A stretch of 64,000 nt of DNA from assembly GCA_937625935.1 (NCBI GenBank), contig OW569393.1, positions 124,001-188,000 of the forward strand, given 5' to 3'. The translations under genes and the position numbers were made by a program. The stretch comes from Tetramitus jugosus (lineage: Eukaryota; Protista; Heterolobosea). Positions 45,270-55,174 of the stretch are shown here, piece by piece. Position 1 is the first letter of the stretch. Each line of letters starts with the position of its first letter. The notes beneath the pieces were generated by a model. The model did not search any database and had not been told where the DNA came from. It saw only the letters and a program-made list of their open reading frames with translations.

Positions 45270-45991
45270 AGTTGCGACTTCGCAAAATATCACGCGGGTG
45301 CGTGATGCTGACGAAGTCAGCAGCGCCCGCGACCAAACCCACCCAAGACCCAGAACAAGAGATACTTGAGGGAAAAGGAGGCAGTCGAAGCTGCAATGGC
45401 TAAAAGACAAAAAGCAACTCCTTCACAGTCCACAGCATCAAGAAGCGCAAACTTGATAGCATGGACTACAAGTGGTATTGAACCACGAAGACTGTAGTGG
45501 ATAACCGTACGGGGTACGGCTCCAACTGCAATGACAATTCCAACGGCCAATTGAAATCTTCCGAGGTTCAATGCAGGGTAGTTGACCTGCACTTTTAGTA
45601 TAAATAATAAAGTTGTGGTGTAGAGTGCTCATGTTTAGGCACCACGCTAGATTTGCGTCCAGCCCGAATATCTGTGTTGCACGTAAATATATCACAACTA
45701 ACAACAATAACATCTCACTCACTCTCAAGCCCCATAGTGGAGTGTTTGAACCCAAACCCATTTGAGTAGCTGCAAGGCAGCACTCAAGCACAACATTGAT
45801 TGTGCCAAGAAGGTCGTCCTCCACGGTGTCAAAGGTACACTCCATTCTGGTTCACAGAGCCGAACCAGTGTTAGAAATCATGTAGTACAATGTCAACGGA
45901 CTGCCTGGTAAATCCGTCGACATACTCAAGGTGTTGGAGCAAGATTCTCTGTTATCATGAACACGACATCATTTTTCAATTGATGTTTTTT
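45270..45991 (+). ncRNA. Putative large structured RNA (PLE 3' region or independent ncRNA); strand inferred
   Basis: About 17 adjacent hairpins, e.g. ATCACGC/GCGTGAT, TGCTGAC/GTCAGCA, CCGTAC/GTACGG, TGCAGG/CCTGCA, TGGAGTGT/ACACTCCA, CTGGTTC/GAACCAG; ends with an ACATCA/TGATGT hairpin plus T-run. Confidence 0.5.
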
Positions 45992-45999
45992 CTTTCGGA

Positions 46000-48270
46000 T
46001 GCGGAGAAATAGGACAATCCAACGCCACAAAATGAAAAACAATTTACATGACTGGAAATTTTATCTTACTTACCACCTGTATGAACAGAAATATTCAACA
46101 ATAATCTTCATATTGCTACAATTATCAACACCCAGGTATCAGAGTTATCAATGAGTGAGAAACGCCTTGTTCATGAAATAATACCTGTAAAGAAAATCGC
46201 TGAGATCAATATATCCACACGCCATAAGAATACGCTGTAAACCATTTGTCAACAACTCCATCCTTTGCTTTCTCCTTAATGGCCTTTGTTGTGGTCAAAG
46301 ACAAAACCTTCTTAGTTGATCTTTTCGCTGGTCGGGGTGACACAGTATGGCCCGTACATTCGGAGCAGACAAGATCGCCATATCAATCAACTTGAACTAG
46401 GATCGGAACTTGGAAATGAGGGTAGATTCTTTTTTCGAAAGTGTCTGCATGAGATTGATCGATGAAGAAGGTCAATTCAGAGAAGCTGTTGTTCGTGATG
46501 TGGTACAAATGATAAAAGAAAAAATAAAATTGAATAAAATTTGGTTTATTGATTCATTTTCTTTTGATTAGTGATGTTTTTTTGATGTTCATTTATGAAA
46601 AATGAAACAGTTCACAACAAACTCAAATCACGGTATTTTCGGTTGGATTGAAAAGTAAAACATCCTCAATCAACAACCACAGAATCAAATAAAGAATTTT
46701 TATTTCATTACATAGCAGGACATGTATTATCTTCCAGCATATGTTTTTTTATTAAATGGGTTTGGGGTGTTGTACTTCGAACTCGCTTTCTATATCTCTT
46801 CGAGCTTTCCTTCGGTAAGTTTGATCTGTCCTTTTTTTATTGTGTCATTTTTTTTTCCAAAATATACAATGAAGATCACACTACCAACACCTTCATGGCC
46901 CAAGATGTTTGCCTTTGCAGCAAAACAACATACCGAATAGTACATACCAACCACTATGGCCATCAACTTTTACAAATCGTCCAATTATGGCGTCTGCGGG
47001 AATCACGACGACTAATGGAATTTCTTAAAGACAATAAAAAAGGAATTGTGATCAATCTTGCGTCTTGCAACAGTGAGGCAGATCTCTCAAAATAAAAGGT
47101 AAATTCAACTTTTCAACCTAGGGGAGAAGAAAGGGATGAATCTGGCCTAGAATTCATCAAAATATTGAACTGGTGCTGCTCTTCTGTATCGCTGCAACTG
47201 GGGTAAAACCAAGCAGATTTCAAGTCAATGGGGATGAATGAAGACAATTCATATGATAAGTATTTTTGCCCGCATCACAACACACCAAATCACCACCCTT
47301 CTGGCAAGCCTTGCATGTTGTTCGTGATAGTAAATGATGATGGGGTGCTTTGAGAATCGAAGTCCTTCCATTATTCCAAACTCTGCTGGATAGTTTATGG
47401 CTCTACATTCCGAATCAATCTCTCTGTACCACGAACACTACCAGGTACTTTTCCTGCGTCCTCATGAATGGTGAGTCTTTAGAACAAATGATCCAAAATT
47501 GACATGGGTATGTACTATATTTGTTTTTACAAAATCGTCATTGGAAGTGTCTTCTCAATTATTTATATATCCAAGAGAGTTTGATTTTTATAGAAAAGAA
47601 TCGTTTCTTCATCTGTTGATTGTCATGAGGTATTCGCACCTCCCCCAACCTTAATTCACCGATAATTTGTCAACCAGAATGGAGGGAGGTGGAGGGAGGC
47701 CTCAAGTCCATGTTTGGCACAACAAATGTCAAGAATGTGCTCAAGAAGCACAATAACGCCCTTGTTGATGAAACGTATGCCCCGTACTCCAACTACGGTT
47801 GGCCATGAGCCAATCATCAACACCCATAAGAATTCTCATAACAGAGCAATCCTCGAGTTAGTATTGAGCACCTCCGAGGTGTTCAACAAAACCAAGAAGG
47901 AGATTGCTGTTCGAGCAATCATGGTGGATCGTGCAAGAAGTATAACCACCCATGAAGATCCTGTTGAGTTGGAACTGTAATCCCGACTGCGAGTTACAGA
48001 TTCCTCAACTCAACGAACACAAGTACGATCAGCACGTGTCACCGTTTACGATCATCCCAATCAGTATCAAGTCAGGTTCTCTCCGTAGGTCCTACCAACT
48101 GGCTAGGACTATGGAGCCATCTGACCTCACCAGTGGTGCTCCAGATGGTAGTGGAGGCCCTCGCAACGTATCCCTGAAGAATGTTGGGATAGAAACTCTA
48201 GCTGTTTAGCAAGTGGCCAAAGGGCTCAAGAAGAGGGGAATCAAGAAGGAGGTAGCCTAAGTGAGCACCA
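46000..48270. other. Degenerate coding debris, probably further mobile-element relics, including a methyltransferase motif-I-like fragment
   Basis: No long ORFs; stop-interrupted + strand fragments such as LVDLFAGRG...KIAISINLN (46312-46397). Confidence 0.3.
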
Positions 48271-48367
48271 TTTGTTGTATTGGTTGGCGCCTTCTTGGTG
48301 GAAATTCATATAAAGTGAGCAAATTAAAAGTACAATGCAAGTAAAACAACTTCTTTGCCAGTTAATT

Positions 48368-50866
48368 TTATTGAAGATGTTCGATTGCTGAATCGTTGTT
48401 GGCGACAGTACTCCGAGCAGTCAACTGCAATGGTGGGTTATTGAGAGCCTCAAGATCAAACTCGCATAGTAGAGCAACTCTGTCTGACACGAAATAAATA
48501 TTGGGAAAGGTTCGGTCCGAAGGCTCCTCCGATACTCGAGTAATCTTGAGTTCGTTGGGAGAATAGAAAACAAAGTTTGTAGAGTTAAACAGCGTCTTGT
48601 TTGCATCACTCATGGAATATTGAGCTTCGCGAGAGAGGGCCTCCCTATAAGCACTCAACAGCGGAAGTGGATTATCAAAGTATGATGCAAGATTAGACTC
48701 TGAAGACAGATTTGCAATCCGAGGTGCATTGCTGTCTTTCTGAGTCGTATCAGCAGAAACATCGCCCTTGTCCACAATTACACTAATCGATTGATGACGC
48801 ACCGCTTCATCAGGTGAATCATCATCATCCTCGAGAAGGCATTTGTCCTTGTTCTCTTCTTCAATATGACCCGCATCGCGATCCTCATCACCTTCGTCGT
48901 CGACAGCACTACTACCTTCACCATCTCCAGACGAGCTCATGGAAGCTGTATTGTTCAAATCAGCATTCTCGGAATAAGGAGACTCAAACCGAGACAATAA
49001 ATCATACGGCAAATCATGCATATTGCTGTCCAAATCTCCTGCAAACACCACAGCCACGCGTATGTTCTTTTGAGCGTATCCTTCGTCTCTGATAATCGAT
49101 TGTATCTTATTGGTGATCACTTGTGTTTGAAGCAACCGCAGAATAGTTCGTTCCTTTTGAGAGAGTAATTGATCGGCATCTGCGCGACCATACAGGGTAG
49201 CATTGGCCAGCAACAATATAGCAGATGAGTAACTCAGAGTAGGAGACGTCTTTTTAAACTTGTTCAAAATGTCAAACATGTCTCTAAACTCCAATTCGGC
49301 CACCATGGCACAATGTACACTGGATTGACACTGATTCAAAATATTGCTCTTCTCATCCACTGTAATTTGCTTCAGTGAGCACAAACGATCCAACATTGAC
49401 ACCACATCGGCAGTGTCACTCAACCGAACGATCCACTCCTTTGTCTTGTTGAATTTTCCTCTCTTGTACATGATGCAAGACCCGAGCTTCAAATCATCAG
49501 AGTATTCAATCTCAGTGGAAGCATCAGCTTTCTTCTCAGAGACTACACTGTTGCTTCGACTGCTTCCACGCTGTCTTTCTTGCTGTTGCTGCTGTTGTGC
49601 AGTAGCCGCTGCAGCCAACGCTGGCTCATTGAGCTTAAACAATCCAGAGTAACCATTCTTTGACAGTTCAATACTCCACTCATTGTACAACTGCTCGTGC
49701 ACCAACTGCAAACAAAGCAAATCTGCATTGTACGACAATAGCTCTCTCAACAATAGTTTTCTCCGATACACATCAGTAAACACATACGATGGACAATGAG
49801 GAAACACTTGTTCGCACAATTCTCTCTGTCGTCGATCTTTTGTGCCCTTTAGCTCTTGTTTCTTGCGCAACAGATGCAACAACTCTCGACCGATAATCTG
49901 ATAGGAAACCATGGTGAATTTTGATGATACAGAATTGTTATACATCAGTGCGGCAAACGTCGGGATGGACAATGGATGCTGTTGCTGTAGCTGTTTTGGT
50001 GATTTTTCTCCAAATAGAACGTTCCAATCAGGAGCCCGCAACCATTTTCTGGCGGGAGTTCTGGAGGGCAATGGAATCGTGGGTTGCGTTTCGATAAACG
50101 ATGTAATGCTGTGTTGATAACCGATAAATGTCACTGAAAATCGCAATGGATGACCCACGTCCTGCTGACTCGGAGTATAGTGAACACCTTGTGATACGAG
50201 TATACCTTTTTGTTCGCCAACGCCTAATAATACATTGTGACTACTACTACCACTATGATTATTGTTATTGAAATTTGGTTCACTCAAAACTACTGCTGTT
50301 GCTGTTGCTTGTGTATTCGTAGTATTTGATGATGATGAATGGACAATTGCTTGATCAGTGTGATTACTACGATGATTGCTTTGTTGTTGTTGTTGATCTT
50401 CCATTGCTGTTGTTGTTGTTGTCGTTATTGGTGAAGTAGGAGCAGAGGATGATGATGGTGATGAGGGAGGTGGTAAGATTCGAAATGAACGAACGGAACC
50501 TACGGTACGCAACTCTGTTGGAACACCTACATTTGTAATTACATCTTGTTGTTGTTGTTGTTGTTGTTCAAGTGGTGATGATGATTGTTCAGGTACATGT
50601 TCATTACTAGTAGTATGTTGATGTTGATGATTTGAGAGTAAGAGTTGAGAAGTGGAAGGTCTAGAGAGAATGGGTCGTTTGGGTTTGGGCATACGTCTCC
50701 ACTCAAATATACATCCACTCACACGTCGAAGATGAACCACTGGTTTCATCTCAACTCCGACAATCGGAGTTGTATTGGAAAGTTCGATTCGAATCAATGG
50801 ATCATCAAAGTGGTTGTTTTCAATGTCGGAGAGGTCATTACGAAAATAAGAGTGAGCAAGACCCAT
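48368..50866 (-). CDS. CCR4/PDE12-like EEP-fold protein with degenerate catalytic motifs
   Basis: Domain order like CCR4/PDE12 (YTPSQQDVGHPLRF, RRKLLLRELLSYNADLLCLQ, GYSGLF, AGDLDS, PLPLLSAY, SDRVAL); N-terminal MGLAHS. Confidence 0.8.
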   Translation of the reverse strand: MGLAHSYFRNDLSDIENNHFDDPLIRIELSNTTPIVGVEMKPVVHLRRVSGCIFEWRRMPKPKRPILSRPSTSQLLLSNHQHQHTTSNEHVPEQSSSPLEQQQQQQQDVITNVGVPTELRTVGSVRSFRILPPPSSPSSSSAPTSPITTTTTTAMEDQQQQQSNHRSNHTDQAIVHSSSSNTTNTQATATAVVLSEPNFNNNNHSGSSSHNVLLGVGEQKGILVSQGVHYTPSQQDVGHPLRFSVTFIGYQHSITSFIETQPTIPLPSRTPARKWLRAPDWNVLFGEKSPKQLQQQHPLSIPTFAALMYNNSVSSKFTMVSYQIIGRELLHLLRKKQELKGTKDRRQRELCEQVFPHCPSYVFTDVYRRKLLLRELLSYNADLLCLQLVHEQLYNEWSIELSKNGYSGLFKLNEPALAAAATAQQQQQQERQRGSSRSNSVVSEKKADASTEIEYSDDLKLGSCIMYKRGKFNKTKEWIVRLSDTADVVSMLDRLCSLKQITVDEKSNILNQCQSSVHCAMVAELEFRDMFDILNKFKKTSPTLSYSSAILLLANATLYGRADADQLLSQKERTILRLLQTQVITNKIQSIIRDEGYAQKNIRVAVVFAGDLDSNMHDLPYDLLSRFESPYSENADLNNTASMSSSGDGEGSSAVDDEGDEDRDAGHIEEENKDKCLLEDDDDSPDEAVRHQSISVIVDKGDVSADTTQKDSNAPRIANLSSESNLASYFDNPLPLLSAYREALSREAQYSMSDANKTLFNSTNFVFYSPNELKITRVSEEPSDRTFPNIYFVSDRVALLCEFDLEALNNPPLQLTARSTVANNDSAIEHLQ

Positions 50867-51063
50867 GATTTGGATGGTGGTGGTGGTGGATGGTGATTGT
50901 TTTGTTGTTTGACGTAGTTCACTCGGTTTTTTTTGTTATTGTTTGTTTGAGAGCTTTTCAAGCTTGTGTTTTCGCGCTTTTTTTTGACGGAAGGTTGTTT
51001 TCGACCAAAGGAGAAATTTACGACCGATTGGATAGATAAGTCGCAGAGTGAACTTTTTGGAGG

Positions 51064-53011
51064 ATGAGTGTTGAAGATGATCAGAAGGAAGGGAGGGAAA
51101 TGGAACAAAAGTTTACATTGGTGAATATCGGTCCCAGGAGTGAGAATGATATCTCGGAAAATATGATGGGGAAAACAGAGAATGTAATCTATGATTTAAA
51201 GTATTCTCAGGTAAAGAAGATTGGTGATACAGAGTACCGGGAGATTGGGAATGAACCTGTGCAGGAAGACTTTACGAAACTCATCCGAAGGATGGAACGG
51301 AACCAAAAGAGGTAATAGAAAATGAACATTGAAGCTCGAAAAGTCAAGCGATTGAAACAACTAACCCGAAATATGTTCATAATTCATTAGAAAGTTGGAA
51401 AAAGATCATTCGAGATGGTCTGGTTGGCTGTTGAAAAAGTATTCGCAGTGTCTTTCGTTTTACAACAAGATTTGGAGTGAATTGTCCTTTATCATAATCG
51501 ACCATTTCCAAGTGTTGGGACTACTATGGATATTACCCCTGAGTCTACCACACTTGTTTTACCAAGTTTTCCGATTTACCCTGTATTTTAACTTTGATTT
51601 CATTAGCTCGAAGAAGCCAATATCGAATGCAATGCACTTTGTACCAAAAAAGTATAAGGACTGTTTTCCATGGTACTTGATAGTCTGGTGGACTTATATT
51701 GCTCTTATCATACTGTGGAGAGTTGTTCCCCGATTGACCATAAGGTTCAGAATGGAAACTGAGCGACTTCTATATTCGATTGTATACGTTCTCTATGTTC
51801 CTTTTGTTATGTACATGATGGTGTATGGAGTGTGTGGGTCAACCAACTCATTTGGACAATTTAGATGTAATGTGTACAGTAGAAAAGATAAATACTATGG
51901 TTTGGCAAGATCGATCCCCTTCCTATTGTTTGCAGCAGTGGGTATCCTTATGCTACCAATGATACTCTGGCGATACAATCGCAAGTTAATCGTATTCAGA
52001 AGCACGAAAAAGCATGAAAAACACATCCGAAGTATTGAAACTGAGTTTGCAATGAACATTACACGGGACTTCATCTCCAAAGGCTACTATATGATCAATT
52101 CTTACCATAGGAATGTCATTCACTACATGACCAATATTCGGTACTTGCAGAAGCTATTGATTGTCATCGTATTATGTGCAGTACCATCGCAAGATAGGAA
52201 TAGTGGAAAACCGAACAATGAATACAACTGGATCATGGGTTTATCAACACTAATCATCTTAATTGTTCCTTTGCTACTTGAATTGGTACTGAAACCCTAT
52301 CGAGTCCTTAGCCCACTCATTGCGAGTCAAATACTAGGTTGGACAAATGTGATCAATGCATTCTTTGGTTGGATGAAAGCAACAGGCGTACAAAACCCAT
52401 TTCTGGTTGACCGCTACCTCAGTATCATCATGTTAGTGATCAACTGGGGCGCACTTGGCCTCGTTCTACTGCTCATTCTCATTTGGCTCTTGCTGTTTCG
52501 CTTACAATGGATTATCAACCCATCAGTAATCAACGAACTCAACGAAAGCTACAGTCATTACATTGAAGCCATTCAAGAAGGTTACTTGCTGCACGATCAT
52601 GCACAAAACACTCATCCATTGTTTGTTCGCTGTGATCTCATTCAAAAGCACACGTATCTACTGAGACAATTCTATATGGAAGCAATCAAGCAAAAGAATC
52701 CACTAGAGTTCACATTGGAAGAAATTTTGATGAAGCTGGAAGATGAGCACTTCATCAATGAACCATTGACAATACTGCCCCATCGACCACTCCAAGAATT
52801 GTTGCCACAACTAAGACAAGACATGGATATCAGAGAACTAAAGCTCATATTGATCCCGTTTCACAAGAGAGTTGTTTTGATGAAGATTATGGCATTTTGC
52901 GCCTTCAGAGATTTGCTTCATGATGCCAGAAAGAGAAGGAAGAAGCCTCGTGACGACACCAACACAAACGAACCAGCACAAATGAATATTCCAAATCCAT
53001 TGGCATGTTGA
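51064..53011 (+). CDS. Multi-pass membrane protein; intron 51312-51390
   Basis: About 8 hydrophobic helices; GTAATA...ACTAAC...TAG intron joins ORFs 51064 and 51395 in frame. Confidence 0.75.
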
Positions 53012-53296
53012 TCACAGACAGTGTGTGTTTGTTGGACTAATGATCATTGTTGAGAATTCAACCATTGGGAGTTCAATCAACTCATTGATGTTCAACGAAG
53101 AGTTGACTTGTCAACCAAGAAAAACGAAAAAAACTCAAACACAAAAAAACAACACAAACTCAAACACAAAGGTATGCTTCACCCGTTATGTGTGAAAACG
53201 CATCGCTCCTATTATTCTCTCATCAACAACAAAAAGCAAAATTGACTTACACTACTGTTCTTCTTTGTCATTCCTAATAATCCTTAGCCATAAAAC

Positions 53297-53764
53297 ATGT
53301 CCATTGTCTTGCAAGAAGAATCCTTCCAGGAGTTGCTCCGTATTTACAACACCAACATTGATGGTAAGAGAACCGTTCTCTATGCATTGACCTCCATCAG
53401 AGGTATTGGCAGAAGATACGCCGGTATGGTCTTGCACAAGGCTGATATCGTCCCAACCAGAAGAGCTGGTGAACTCTCCAACGAAGAAGTTGAAAAGGTT
53501 GGTGAGATCTTGGCTGATCCATTGAAGTTTAAGATCCCTGTCTGGTTCTTGAACAGAAGAAGAGAGAGAAAGACTGGCTCTGACAGCCACGAAATTGCTA
53601 ACATGCTTGATATGGCATTGAGAGATGATTTCGAGAGATTGAAGAAGATTAAGTGTGAGAGAGGTCTCAGACACGCTTGGGGACTCAAGGTCAGAGGTCA
53701 ACACACCAAGACAACCGGCAGAAGAGGAAAGACTGTTGGTGTCTCCAAGAAGAGAGGTGGTTAA
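53297..53764 (+). CDS. RPS18: 40S ribosomal protein S18 (uS13); probable 5'-UTR intron 53172-53288
   Basis: [60 protein letters not shown]. Confidence 0.97.
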   Translation: MSIVLQEESFQELLRIYNTNIDGKRTVLYALTSIRGIGRRYAGMVLHKADIVPTRRAGELSNEEVEKVGEILADPLKFKIPVWFLNRRRERKTGSDSHEIANMLDMALRDDFERLKKIKCERGLRHAWGLKVRGQHTKTTGRRGKTVGVSKKRGG

Positions 53765-54035
53765 ATTACTTTTTCTTTTTGTTCAACAATATATTCTCCT
53801 AAATTCAGTTGTTTCGTTTGCTCCTCTGTTCTTTTTTGCTTGTTCTCCGCTCTTGCTACTTTCCTTCTCCGTGTCATCTTTCGCAAAAAAAACGCAATCA
53901 TTCCCCAGGAGCACGCAACGTTGTGACACTTTCACACTGTGATACGAACAACAATCTGTGAACCACACAACACCCTTTTTTTTCCATTTTTGATCAACAC
54001 CATCGACACACACCGTCTCGAGTAACAGTAGCAAG

Positions 54036-55073
54036 ATGGGACCTGACAGAAGAAATTATGACAATGTGGGCTATTCCGTTGTTGGAACGACCGAATTTGT
54101 AGACGAGGATGACGATGAAGAAACAACAGTCTCAACAACAGGCAACAACCACAGAGAATCACGACAACAACAATCAGAAACAACTGCTGATGCCGTCACC
54201 AACAAGTCATCATCATCATCGGCTCATGCTGGTGGACGTAAAAGAGCATCATCATCATCATCATCACTGAACAAGAGCAAGAATAGCAACAATGCACCTT
54301 CATGTGATCCCATGACACTTGCCATTGTGTTTCTCAGTGTTTTGATTGTTGTCGGCTTATTTATTGTTGTAGAGTTGAGAGCACTGGTGAATTTTCCACC
54401 TTCCTCATCGTGCACCATTGTTCAAGAAGTGTCCTCTGCTGGTCTATCAGGCACAGCAAGACAATTCGAAGCATCGTTTGGTTCCTGGGGTCGCATGTAT
54501 ATCAAGGACAAGAGCACTGCTGTCAAGAAGAGCATTGGAGCAATCAAAGCTCGAAAGCTACACATTCCGACACAGTTGGAATTTTTGGATGAGGAGTCCA
54601 GTAGCTATGCTGTGGCAGTCTACAGAGACAATTCCATGATTCCCGTGTACAAGTGCAGCGACAACAAGAGTCCAATTGGCTACATTTCAGCCACTTCCAC
54701 CTTGGCGAACGCGGCATACGGTCAAACGCTCCAATTTAGCGTTTACAATGCGAGGCGCGACATGATTGCGCGAACCAACAAGGTTCGTGTGAGAGAGACG
54801 GGCATGTTTGATTTTTCTGATTCAAAGAAGAAGGATGAAGCATTGGAATTTATTTTGCAAGATGTAGCCAACTTTACGAACGTGGAAGACAAGTCAATCA
54901 ACGAACAAAAAGATGTGTCTCTTGCGTTCTTTTCTCGTGCTCATTCCAAGATTTATGAGACGGCCAGATGGGACGTGACTGTGAAATCTAGATCACAGAC
55001 TGACAATGCTTCTCCAATTGGTACCTTTGTCATGTTCATTGTTGCCATTGCTGATTACTATCATCTGGCGTAA
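54036..55073 (+). CDS. Single-pass membrane protein of unknown function
   Basis: 345-aa ORF, one TM helix (LAIVFLSVLIVVGLFIVV), beta-rich C-terminal part. Confidence 0.7.
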   Translation: MGPDRRNYDNVGYSVVGTTEFVDEDDDEETTVSTTGNNHRESRQQQSETTADAVTNKSSSSSAHAGGRKRASSSSSSLNKSKNSNNAPSCDPMTLAIVFLSVLIVVGLFIVVELRALVNFPPSSSCTIVQEVSSAGLSGTARQFEASFGSWGRMYIKDKSTAVKKSIGAIKARKLHIPTQLEFLDEESSSYAVAVYRDNSMIPVYKCSDNKSPIGYISATSTLANAAYGQTLQFSVYNARRDMIARTNKVRVRETGMFDFSDSKKKDEALEFILQDVANFTNVEDKSINEQKDVSLAFFSRAHSKIYETARWDVTVKSRSQTDNASPIGTFVMFIVAIADYYHLA

Positions 55074-55174
55074 GTGAGCTCAGCTCTGACTTCCAGTAAA
55101 CAGTTGAAGTTTTCGCCCAAATTTGCTTTTATCCGCCTTTCGCCAACAAAAAACTTTTTCACAAAAACAAAATC

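Noticed and set aside
45289-45345. Possible hammerhead ribozyme (CTGACGA...GACCAAAC) in the PLE 3' region
   Set aside because: No GAAA core or NUH site, and CTGAC is better explained as one arm of the perfect TGCTGAC/GTCAGCA hairpin
50678-50690. TTTGGGTTTGGG as an interstitial telomere (similar tract near 7146)
   Set aside because: Lies in coding sequence (PKPK on the minus strand); chance occurrence
53172-53288. snoRNA in the RPS18 5'-UTR intron
   Set aside because: No convincing C/D or H/ACA box arrangement seen
53252-53704. 150-aa antisense ORF
   Set aside because: Shadow of codon-biased RPS18
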